DNA from: Candidatus Omnitrophota bacterium
GTDB taxonomy: Bacteria; Omnitrophota; Gorgyraeia; 2-01-FULL-45-10
Direction: 5' to 3'
DNA: 64,000 bases
NCBI GenBank assembly: GCA_016929115.1
Contig: JAFGJL010000010.1
Coordinates: 331 to 64,330 of the forward strand
How positions within the stretch are numbered: the stretch's first letter is position 1; the number at the start of each line of letters is the position of its first letter. This document shows positions 45,921 through 54,548 of the stretch, in pieces. The position numbers were made by a program, and so were the translations under genes. The notes under the pieces were generated by a model, which worked only from the letters and a program-made list of their open reading frames with translations, searched no databases and was not told where the DNA came from.

Positions 45921-47009
45921 CTAACGACTCCTGGACATTTCCGGGACGTTCATCTCTCTTGTCGTAGGGACATAGCGCTTAGCTTGCTCAATATCCTTCC
46001 CGGATGACGTCAGGGTATACTTGACGGATAAGTATAGGGCGGAATCCATGACCTTTTCGCCCACACGTATCTCCTTTAAAATCAGGGCCCTGCCTCCGGC
46101 GATAACCCTGACATACCGGTCGTCCAATATAGTAACGATCTTGCCGTTACAAAAAGGATGGAATTCCTGCGAGACCGATGTGTCGATATAGCTGTCCAGG
46201 ATATGCACCTTTTGGCCGTTGTAATAGGTATAGGCTCCCGGATAAGGGACGCTGAACGCCCTTATGAACCGTTCGACCGAGTTGATATCCCAATCCCAGT
46301 TTATGATGCCGTTCTGCTCCGTATAAAGGCGCGGATAATAAAAGCTTTTGTTGTGGTCCTGGGGCCTGGCGGGAACGGGATCCTCCTTTAAAAGAATGTC
46401 GAGAAACCCGCTCAGGAGCTTCTTGCAATTGTCCACTTCCGCGATCAGGTAATCGACCGGCTTGGGGTGATCCTTTTTTATGGCGACGCGGCCCTGGAGG
46501 ATCACGTCTCCGCTGTCTATGCCCTCGTCGAGATAATGGACGGTGTCCCCTACCGTGTTGATGCCGTTCAGGATGCGCCAGGTATTCAACGCCCCTCCCC
46601 TTTCATCCGGCAGATACGAGTCATGGATATTGAAGATCTGCCCCTTGAAATAGTCGATTATCATCTTCTTTATGATATTGCGGCAGCTCGTCGAAAAGCC
46701 GATATTGCATTTATGCCCGGACAGGATCTCGATAGCTTCGTCGCAATTGACGTTCTCCATCTTGTAGATCCTGACCAACCCACGGCTGGCCAGGGACTCC
46801 ATGTCCCCGCAAAGCCCGTAAGGGGTCAGGAGCTTTTTATCCCTCATGTATTCTTCGTCCGGAGAGACGATCGCGACAGGCGGCGGGAATCCGCGCGCGT
46901 GCAATTCCTTGATCAGATGGTCTGTATAGACGATCCTGCCGAAAATGGCGAATTGAAAGTCCTTGGGCTGTTTCACGTTTGCGTCCTTTGGGTTAAAGGC
47001 TCCACACAC
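45921..47009 (-). CDS. Formyltransferase-family protein (sugar N-formyl/acyl transferase, Fmt N+C domains)
   Basis: NIHDSYLPDERGGA matches the HxSLLPxxRG formyltransferase motif. There is a C-terminal Fmt_C-like domain. Confidence 0.7.
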   Translation of the reverse strand: MCGAFNPKDANVKQPKDFQFAIFGRIVYTDHLIKELHARGFPPPVAIVSPDEEYMRDKKLLTPYGLCGDMESLASRGLVRIYKMENVNCDEAIEILSGHKCNIGFSTSCRNIIKKMIIDYFKGQIFNIHDSYLPDERGGALNTWRILNGINTVGDTVHYLDEGIDSGDVILQGRVAIKKDHPKPVDYLIAEVDNCKKLLSGFLDILLKEDPVPARPQDHNKSFYYPRLYTEQNGIINWDWDINSVERFIRAFSVPYPGAYTYYNGQKVHILDSYIDTSVSQEFHPFCNGKIVTILDDRYVRVIAGGRALILKEIRVGEKVMDSALYLSVKYTLTSSGKDIEQAKRYVPTTREMNVPEMSRSR

Positions 47010-47796
47010 TGTTGGAGCCGACCGGTTCTTTCAAACGGGCCTCTCTTTTCAGGTTCTTGTAATTTGAGCAAAGATGATCATAGACGGGATGTTTCTGGTT
47101 CGCCAGAAAGAAGTTCAGCTTCCTGAAATCGTCCGGTCCGTCGACTTCGCCCGTGTCGGGAGTCATGAAGGCCAGCATCCTCGGTCCGTAACACGATCTA
47201 TAGCGCTTCAGGGTGTGCGTTTTGATGATATCGACATACCCGTTACCGAAATATGCGGGCGGGAAAGCCTGTCTGGGAAGCGTAAAATATTCCGGTCTGG
47301 GATCGAAGGGACACAGGCCCTGCAGATAACCGTCATGCATGCCGAACATCTTCCCTGGCGGCTCTTCGATCTCATGCACGGAAACGAGGCTGGTCGACTC
47401 CGGCCTGCTTTTTATGTACGAGACGGATTCGCTGAGCAGCGCCGGGTCACGAAGCGGGGTCGTGGGGCGTATCTGGACCCAGTATTCAGGCGCATAGTTC
47501 TCGTTCTGCTCAAACCAGCCCAGGGCATGCTCGATGACTTCCTTATCCGTTGAATTGTCCCTGGCGAATTCGGCCGGCCTCATAAAAGGCACTTCGGCAC
47601 CAAAAAGTTTCGCGATCTCCGCGATCTCTTCGCTATCCGTTGAAATGATGGTCCTTTCTATATTCTTGGCCAGCTTGCATGCAACCACTGAATACGCTAT
47701 TAAAGGAAAGCCACCGAGATCGCGTATATTCTTTTTGGGCACTCCCTTTGAGCCGCCGCGGGCTTGTATCAACGCGATCACATCGCTTTTTTTCAT
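46993..47796 (-). CDS. Acylneuraminate cytidylyltransferase family (third CMP-sugar synthetase)
   Basis: ALIQARGGSKGVPKKNIRDLGGFPLIAYSV. Length is 267 aa. Confidence 0.8.
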   Translation of the reverse strand: MKKSDVIALIQARGGSKGVPKKNIRDLGGFPLIAYSVVACKLAKNIERTIISTDSEEIAEIAKLFGAEVPFMRPAEFARDNSTDKEVIEHALGWFEQNENYAPEYWVQIRPTTPLRDPALLSESVSYIKSRPESTSLVSVHEIEEPPGKMFGMHDGYLQGLCPFDPRPEYFTLPRQAFPPAYFGNGYVDIIKTHTLKRYRSCYGPRMLAFMTPDTGEVDGPDDFRKLNFFLANQKHPVYDHLCSNYKNLKREARLKEPVGSNSVWSL

Positions 47797-47808
47797 TGCT
47801 CTCTTCTC

Positions 47809-49152
47809 CTAATTGGAAACAGCATTACGTTCGCGCAGGCCTTTAAAGACAGGCGAACCCGGTTTGCATCTAAGGAATTTTGCGATATCGTCGCCGCTCT
47901 CCACGGCGTTCTTTATGACGACGCAGGCCTTGTCGAACGAGTCGATGAAACAATCAAGGTCTTCGCGCGAATGTGAGTAAGAGAGCATGAGGACCCCCGC
48001 AAAGCAGAGTATGCCCTCCTTGAACATCTCCTGTTGGTAAAGCGTTGCGAGGTTAAGGTTGTGGATGCCGTTTGAATCGTGCGTATTGACCATGAGCCGC
48101 ACCGGATATCCCGCCAGGGAAACGTTTTTACCGACCCCGTGCCTGTCAATGATAGCCCTGAGCCCCTTCTCCAGATATTCTCCTTTCTCCCATAATTTTG
48201 CGATCACATCATTTTCCTTATAAAAATCTATCACCGCTGAAGCCGCGGCCAATGTCAATGCTTCAGGCGCGTAGGTGGAGGAGAGAAAGGCCTTGTCAAA
48301 ATTTTTCATGTATTTCCTCTTCCCCGCGATAACGCCCAGAGGCATGCCGTTCGTTATGCCTTTGCCGAATGTCGCGAGGTCGGGCACCACATTAAAGAAC
48401 TCCTGCGCCCCTCCCATCCTGAAGCGGAAACCCGATATCATCTCGTCGAATATGAGGAGCGCGCCGTTCTCGTGAGCCAGCGCCTTGACCTTGTTCAGGA
48501 AATCGTCCTTTGGTTTTTCCGCTATCACCGGCTCCATGATCACGGCGGCCACACGGCCGTGGTACTGCTCGAACATCTTACTTAAACCGCTTATGTCGTT
48601 ATACCGGAAAGACTTGGTGAGCTCGCGCACGCATTTGGGGACACCGGCGTTGCGGTCCGTAGAGCCGATATACCAGTCCTGGAAGCCGTGGTAGCCGTAA
48701 CATAATATCATCTCTTTTCCTGTAACGGCCCTTGCCAGCCTCACGGCCGCCGCGCACACATCGCTGCCGTTCTTGGAAAATTTGAGCATCTCGGCACACG
48801 GAATGCATTCAACAAGCTTTTCGGCCACCTCCACCTCCAGCGGATTGAGCAGGCTGAAGAGTATGCCTTTATCCATCTGTTTTTTTATGGCCTCATTGAT
48901 GGGCTCGTAATTATGCCCCAAGGTGGTCGGCCCGCACCCCATTACCATGTCGATAAACTCGTTGCCGTCAACGTCCCAGACATGGGAACCCTTCTGCCGG
49001 ATGACGTATTTCGGCGCGGCACCGTCCGGAAAGACGCCCGGGGACCTGCTGAATGTCTGAGTGCCAGTAGCTATCACCTTGAGCGCTCTCCGCCATAATT
49101 CGTCGCTCTTCTTGATGCCGTACCTCAAGCCAAGTTTTTTGTTTGCTGACAT
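47809..49152 (-). CDS. Class III aminotransferase, glutamate-1-semialdehyde aminomutase-like
   Basis: FDEMISGFRFRMGGAQEFFNVVPDLATFGKGITNGMPLGVIAG (HemL-like signature). Length is 447 aa. Confidence 0.8.
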   Translation of the reverse strand: MSANKKLGLRYGIKKSDELWRRALKVIATGTQTFSRSPGVFPDGAAPKYVIRQKGSHVWDVDGNEFIDMVMGCGPTTLGHNYEPINEAIKKQMDKGILFSLLNPLEVEVAEKLVECIPCAEMLKFSKNGSDVCAAAVRLARAVTGKEMILCYGYHGFQDWYIGSTDRNAGVPKCVRELTKSFRYNDISGLSKMFEQYHGRVAAVIMEPVIAEKPKDDFLNKVKALAHENGALLIFDEMISGFRFRMGGAQEFFNVVPDLATFGKGITNGMPLGVIAGKRKYMKNFDKAFLSSTYAPEALTLAAASAVIDFYKENDVIAKLWEKGEYLEKGLRAIIDRHGVGKNVSLAGYPVRLMVNTHDSNGIHNLNLATLYQQEMFKEGILCFAGVLMLSYSHSREDLDCFIDSFDKACVVIKNAVESGDDIAKFLRCKPGSPVFKGLRERNAVSN

Positions 49153-49994
49153 ATCGCCTCCTTATCTTCGAGCCATTTTTCCACCATACAACGGTACCTG
49201 CACAACGCGCCGGCATGATCACCGTCCGAAGCCCTTGCGGTCTGCAGGATATAGTTACCCTCATAACCGCCGGCACGAAGAGCGCTGAGAGCACCGGCTA
49301 TATCGGCATCCCCTTCTCCCAGGGGCACGGTCGTGCCCTTGAACTTCCTGTCCTTTATATGGACGTTCTTTATCCTGCCGCCATAAGCCGGGAACTCCTC
49401 TTTAAAATCATAGCCCAGCGAAGCGCTGTTACCGATATCGTAATTGATACCGAAATGTTCCGGATCAAATTTAGCGATGAACTTCTTAAGGCGGGACGGC
49501 CTAAAATCCGATTCGAATACTATGACCGCCCCGCTATCGCGAAGGACAGGAGCGACCGAAGCCATGCCTCTCAATAATTCCTCCTCCTGATCCTTATTTT
49601 CCAGGCTGCCTTTATCCACCAGCGGGACCACTATCTTCTTTATGCCTAATTCGGCGCATGAGGAGACTATTTTCTTAAAATCATCCAGCAGACTTGTGTT
49701 GCGGGACCCTTGCGCTTTATAAAAAGGCTCCTGGATATAGGTGTCGCAGGTTATGGACCTTATAGCCATATCGTTCTTCTTCATTAATTCCTTGATCTCA
49801 AGACGGCCCGCTCTGCTCATGAGGGGGTTCTCGTTCAATCTTTCCTGCTCAATAACCCATTCCATCAGCCTGAACCCATGCTTCTTTGCAATGGCGAACT
49901 CATCGCGCCATGTCTGCCAAGGGAAGGCCTGTATCCTGCCTTCCTCTATAACCGAAAACCGGCCCTGCATAAAACCTATTCGCGCTGGATCCAT
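49125..49994 (-). CDS. Xylose-isomerase-like TIM-barrel sugar(-phosphate) isomerase/epimerase
   Basis: AP_endonuc_2-type pattern (HGFRLMEW...IVFESDF...HFGINYDIGN...HIKD) with the acidic/His metal ligands. Confidence 0.65.
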   Translation of the reverse strand: MDPARIGFMQGRFSVIEEGRIQAFPWQTWRDEFAIAKKHGFRLMEWVIEQERLNENPLMSRAGRLEIKELMKKNDMAIRSITCDTYIQEPFYKAQGSRNTSLLDDFKKIVSSCAELGIKKIVVPLVDKGSLENKDQEEELLRGMASVAPVLRDSGAVIVFESDFRPSRLKKFIAKFDPEHFGINYDIGNSASLGYDFKEEFPAYGGRIKNVHIKDRKFKGTTVPLGEGDADIAGALSALRAGGYEGNYILQTARASDGDHAGALCRYRCMVEKWLEDKEAICQQTKNLA

Positions 49995-50032
49995 ATTATC
50001 CTCTATTTACTACTTTTAGAACGTTTTGAACG

Positions 50033-50061
50033 ATTATACTAACGTAGCACTATCTTGTCAA
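50033..50061 (-). promoter_or_regulatory. Consensus sigma70-type promoter TTGACA-N17-TATAAT, followed by an AGAGGA Shine-Dalgarno and the ATG at 49994
   Basis: The minus strand reads TTGACAagatagtgctacgttagTATAAT (-35 at 50061..50056, -10 at 50038..50033), verified base by base. The SD is aatAGAGGAtaatATG. Confidence 0.5.
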
Positions 50062-50084
50062 GGCAAAAATGGGGATGATCGGGA

Positions 50085-50831
50085 TTATCTTAAAGGATTG
50101 ATCGCTTCTTCTTTTTCTATGCCGAAGGCCTTCTTGAGTTCGTATATAATGCGGTGCAGCGGCATCTGCCTGTAAGGGCGCAGGGTAATACCATCTCTGA
50201 CCTGCCGCAGGTCAATACTATAATATAGATCCTTATATGGAACCCCATTTATCACTACATTATCCACTTCCTCACCCCTGACTAAGGAGGGATCATTAAC
50301 TATATCTTCTACTGAGGCTATCTCGCCGTCATCTTTTCTGAAATATTCCCCATAAAAGGCGTCAAAGACACGCCACTTACCGTTGATCTTGACAAGCGAT
50401 ACAAAATTTCTTGCCTTGTGCTCTTTATCATAGAACTTCTCAAGAAATGCCGGCAGGCCGGCATATGAACAGAGCGTGGTAAAGACATCCTGGAATTGCT
50501 CGGGCACAGCGTATCCCCTGATGATGATATTCAATACATGGTCATCGATGACAGGCGCTCCTGCGGACAGTTCCCTGATATTATCATGCGTCCATTCGAG
50601 TATCGCCAAGGCCTTCTCTTCGTCGGTCCGGCAGCCCGCCGTTATCTCCCTGGCCAGCCTTGCGTATTCATAATGGCGCGCGAGGAACTGCGTCCACTTT
50701 ACATATAACGGCATGTGGATATGCCTCAGGCGCCCATCGACTCCCTGACGTATCGATACGTCAATATTCGCTATCGCTATCACAGCGGCAAAAAGAACTA
50801 AAAAAACGGCAAGATACCGTATTTTTCTCAT
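50085..50831 (-). CDS. Secreted transglutaminase-like (cysteine-protease fold) domain protein
   Basis: N-terminal signal/TM region (LAVFLVLFAAVIAIA). TLCSYAGLPAF resembles the transglutaminase core Cys motif, with downstream His/Asp. Confidence 0.45.
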   Translation of the reverse strand: MRKIRYLAVFLVLFAAVIAIANIDVSIRQGVDGRLRHIHMPLYVKWTQFLARHYEYARLAREITAGCRTDEEKALAILEWTHDNIRELSAGAPVIDDHVLNIIIRGYAVPEQFQDVFTTLCSYAGLPAFLEKFYDKEHKARNFVSLVKINGKWRVFDAFYGEYFRKDDGEIASVEDIVNDPSLVRGEEVDNVVINGVPYKDLYYSIDLRQVRDGITLRPYRQMPLHRIIYELKKAFGIEKEEAINPLR

Positions 50832-50847
50832 CCTTATCCCCTTCTCT

Positions 50848-52284
50848 CTATTCGCTGAGCCCGAGAAGCGCTCCGGCCGCTCTCCAATAATACTTTATAT
50901 CTTCAACAGACCGTATGCTCATGAGGTTAGCCATGATCACCTTCGGGGATGTGTAAAATTTCAGATACGCCTTTTTATAGTATTTTAACAACCTTTCTTT
51001 CCCCAGCTGCGGGTTCACGTATATCGGGTTGGAAAAGTCCGTGGAGGTGTAGTCATCCCAGGCGACGCCTTGCCTCAATCCCCCGTCGATCCTGCATTGC
51101 TCCAGAAGCTCCGTTCCCGGAAAAGGCACCGGAAGGTAGAATATCGCCGTATGCGTCGCGAGCTTCCTGGCAAAATCGATCGTATTCTCCACTTCCCTTG
51201 ACGTCTCGCCGGGGAACCCTAATATATATGAAGCGTATACTTGTATGCCTGCCTTTTTTACCGCGTTGACCGCCCTGACGACCTGTGCCGGGGTCTGGTT
51301 CTTCTTCATAAGTTTAAGCGATGATTCGTTCGCTGACTCAACGCCAAAGACTATCTGCCAGCAACCGGCCTTCTTCATTAGCCGGGCGAGATCTTCATCT
51401 ATCTGGTCCACCCTCGCGTTGCACATCCAGGACAGGTCATACCTTCCTTTAATAAGGCGCTCGCAGAATTCAACAACATATTTCCTTGAAGTCAGAAAAC
51501 TTGAATCTTGGATAAAGAAACCCCTGGCCCTGTGCTCTCGTATCAGGTAATCCATCTCCTCGAATATCTTATCGAGCCCTTTCATCCTCAGTTTCCTGCC
51601 GTGGATCTTGGAGGCGGAGCAGAACGTGCACTGGTACGGGCATCCCCGCGTCGTCAGTAACGGATAGCTCGGGAGCCTTTTATATTGAGTAGAGTGCGGA
51701 AAGTACTTGTCAAGCTTCAGCAGGTCGTATGCCGGCATCGGCAATATATCCAGGTTCGCGATCGGATGGCGCAGCCTTGTCATCTTCACGGCTGTGCCGT
51801 CCCTGTAAGCGATGCCGTTGATCTCTTCCAATTTCATGCCTTTGCCCGATCTCCAGTCGAGTACATCTAAAAAAGTGAGTTCCCCCTCGCCTATCACGAC
51901 CATATCAGCTGCCGGGCACTCCGACATCGTCTTTTCAGGAAGGACCGTAGCATGAACTCCTCCCAGGACGACCAAGGATCCGGGCAATGCTTTGCGCACG
52001 ATATTGGCAGTCTTGAACGTGTAACCAGCTGTGTTCGTAAAACAAGGCATTCCGACGACATCGTAATTCTTGGACTTCAGATGCTTCTCCAAATCGTCGT
52101 CGCGCATGCCCTCCACGCCGGTATCGAATATTTCGACGCTATATCCCTTCTCCCTGATATAGGCGGCTATGGAAAGCATGCCTATAGGAGGCACAAAACC
52201 TCCTCCCCTGTGGAACTTGCCCCACAGGACCCTGAAAGGGACTATCGGATGCAAGAGAAGTATCTTCAAGCCTATTTTTTCCAC
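50848..52284 (-). CDS. Cobalamin-binding (class B) radical SAM enzyme
   Basis: The B12-binding N-terminus is KILLLHP...PIGMLSIAAYI. The CX3CX2C motif is TTRGCPYQCTFC. Length is 478 aa. Confidence 0.8.
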   Translation of the reverse strand: MEKIGLKILLLHPIVPFRVLWGKFHRGGGFVPPIGMLSIAAYIREKGYSVEIFDTGVEGMRDDDLEKHLKSKNYDVVGMPCFTNTAGYTFKTANIVRKALPGSLVVLGGVHATVLPEKTMSECPAADMVVIGEGELTFLDVLDWRSGKGMKLEEINGIAYRDGTAVKMTRLRHPIANLDILPMPAYDLLKLDKYFPHSTQYKRLPSYPLLTTRGCPYQCTFCSASKIHGRKLRMKGLDKIFEEMDYLIREHRARGFFIQDSSFLTSRKYVVEFCERLIKGRYDLSWMCNARVDQIDEDLARLMKKAGCWQIVFGVESANESSLKLMKKNQTPAQVVRAVNAVKKAGIQVYASYILGFPGETSREVENTIDFARKLATHTAIFYLPVPFPGTELLEQCRIDGGLRQGVAWDDYTSTDFSNPIYVNPQLGKERLLKYYKKAYLKFYTSPKVIMANLMSIRSVEDIKYYWRAAGALLGLSE

Positions 52285-54548
52285 ACGCTTTCCAGGTTTT
52301 TGTAAAATAACGGCGCGTTGGACGCGAGAGAATATTCTTTTAAGGCCTTTTCCCTGCCTTTCCTGCCCATCGCGTCACGCAAGGCGGGATCCTCGACCAG
52401 CATCGATAATTTGCGTATCCATTCCTCGACGCTGCCGGCAAGGAAACCGTTTATCCCGTCATCTATTATGTCCAGGTTTGTACCTACGGGAGAAGCCACG
52501 ACGGGAAGCCCGCATGTCATATAAAGTATCGCCTTAAAGCCGCACTTGCCCTTTGTCCAATCGGTATCCGGCATCGGCATTATGCCTATATCAAAAGACC
52601 TGATATCGTCCCTTTCGGTATCCAAAGACCACTCCCTGATTATTATCCTTTCGTGGCTTATCCCATCGGATCTGCTGCCCACAAGGCATATCTTTAGATC
52701 CTTATATTTATCGAGCAGCGACAGGAATGCCCGCTCAAGGTTTTTCAGATAGACCCGGGTGGTATGGCTGCCTATCCAGCCTATAACTACATCATCCTTG
52801 CCGCCCTTGGCGGGACCCGGCCCGTTATATTTATCCGTATCTATGCATGTCGGGATTATGCTGACATTCTTATTTAAAAGCCTGGCGTGGTCTCGCAAAA
52901 ATTCATTCCCGGCTATGACGAGGGAGCTGTGCTTTATTATAAAGTCCGTCTTCCAGGGGCACTTCATCATGCTCATGATCTTAGCCGATCCTTCAGGCGG
53001 AAGATATATCGCGTCATCGAAGTCAAATATGACCTTTTTACCGAATAAGAAGAGCGCGGCCTCGAATAACGGCGGCCCTATGGGGAACATCTCCCTGTGT
53101 ATAAAGACAATGTCGTAAAAGAGCGCTCTTGCCAGGTCGACGAGCCGGCGGCATGAGCAGAAGATGAATAAGAGGAATTTGCCGATCGCGTGGCCTTTTT
53201 CGTACAATATGCCGTAAAAACGGGACGTAAGAAAAGGCCTGACGGCATATCTTATGCCGGCCTTGTCGAGGACAGGCAGGAACTGCTCCACCCTCAGGCG
53301 GACGCTCGCTCCTTCTTTAGGATAAGGGACGATAAATATAACCCTCTTTTTCATCAAGCGGTCATATATCGCGCTGTAAACGGATGAGCCCAGACTCATG
53401 GGAAGATGTTCTGCCGCGACTTTTCCGCACCGCTCACGCATCGATCCGCCTTCTTTCACAAGGTCCTCTAGAACGCCCAGGGCCGCGATGTATGAACCGG
53501 TATCGCAAGAGCCGACCACGACACCCGCCCTGTTTTTAGAGACGAGCTCTTCGACGTCACCCATTCCGGAGTTTATGACTACCGGAAGTCCGGCCGCAAG
53601 ATATTCGGCTATCTTTATAGGGAATGAGTCGAGCCGCTGATTCGGCCGTTTGAACAATATGCCGGCAGTCGCGCCGCGGAGGTATCTCGGGACATCTTCA
53701 TAGCGCGCCTTTACGATCATGACGCCTTCCAGCTTCCTCTCCTTTATCATGCGGCCGAGGCTGCCGTCTTTATCGTCCGTCAGGAACAGGAATTCCGAGC
53801 CTGGACGCGCCTTTTTTACGGCCTCGAAAAAGCTCAGCATCTCAGGCAGCATATACCATCCGGATAATGACCCAAGGTAGACGAGCTTTATCCCGCCGCC
53901 CGATGGCGGATACGCGCCTTGCAGGTTTCCGGCGAAGCGCTCGATATCGACGCAGCATGGAAGGACCGTTATCCGCGGAGGCCTCTTCCTTGAGGATGCC
54001 ATATTTTCCAGCTGCCCCTTATGGACGTTCGTTTCGACTATGACCTCATCCGAATTAAGGACGCACAGCCTTTCGAGGTACGCGAGCGCTTTGTATGTCA
54101 GCGACCCCCGCTTTATCCTCCCGCTCAGGCGGTACCCTTCGGCCAGGGAGCTCTTCATATCGAATATGAACCTGGCGCCGCAAAGTTTTGCGGGAACCAG
54201 CGATATGCATGCGCTCATTATGCCGCGGGCATGGACAATATCTATCTTCTTTGTGATGCATGTCCACAGGGCGACGAGAGAGCCGAGCTTGATATCGAAT
54301 GGTTTTGCGATTATGAAAGGCTTATGGTGGAACTTCAGCCTTATCCATCCTATTCCGGCATCCTTTAATTCTTTTGAAACGTCGGCGCCGGCCGCTGGCT
54401 CTTTCTCAAAAGACATAAGATAGAACTTTATGCCTTGAGCCGATAGTGCGGAGATGTAGGGAAGCGCCTGGCTCTTAACGAGCGGCTCTGTCGCGGCATT
54501 ATAGGATACGAATAAGGCCCTTTTGTCTTTTGGCATCTTTCCGCTCAC
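52272..54548 (-). CDS. Tandem two-domain GT4 glycosyltransferase (GT4-GT4 fusion)
   Basis: Two complete GT-B units. The first has ...IAEYLAAGLPVVINSGMGDVEEL. The second has ...FKAILYMTCGLPVVASPVGTNLDII. Length is 758 aa. The start is GTG at 54548 or ATG at 54536. Confidence 0.75.
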   Translation of the reverse strand: MSGKMPKDKRALFVSYNAATEPLVKSQALPYISALSAQGIKFYLMSFEKEPAAGADVSKELKDAGIGWIRLKFHHKPFIIAKPFDIKLGSLVALWTCITKKIDIVHARGIMSACISLVPAKLCGARFIFDMKSSLAEGYRLSGRIKRGSLTYKALAYLERLCVLNSDEVIVETNVHKGQLENMASSRKRPPRITVLPCCVDIERFAGNLQGAYPPSGGGIKLVYLGSLSGWYMLPEMLSFFEAVKKARPGSEFLFLTDDKDGSLGRMIKERKLEGVMIVKARYEDVPRYLRGATAGILFKRPNQRLDSFPIKIAEYLAAGLPVVINSGMGDVEELVSKNRAGVVVGSCDTGSYIAALGVLEDLVKEGGSMRERCGKVAAEHLPMSLGSSVYSAIYDRLMKKRVIFIVPYPKEGASVRLRVEQFLPVLDKAGIRYAVRPFLTSRFYGILYEKGHAIGKFLLFIFCSCRRLVDLARALFYDIVFIHREMFPIGPPLFEAALFLFGKKVIFDFDDAIYLPPEGSAKIMSMMKCPWKTDFIIKHSSLVIAGNEFLRDHARLLNKNVSIIPTCIDTDKYNGPGPAKGGKDDVVIGWIGSHTTRVYLKNLERAFLSLLDKYKDLKICLVGSRSDGISHERIIIREWSLDTERDDIRSFDIGIMPMPDTDWTKGKCGFKAILYMTCGLPVVASPVGTNLDIIDDGINGFLAGSVEEWIRKLSMLVEDPALRDAMGRKGREKALKEYSLASNAPLFYKNLESVWKK

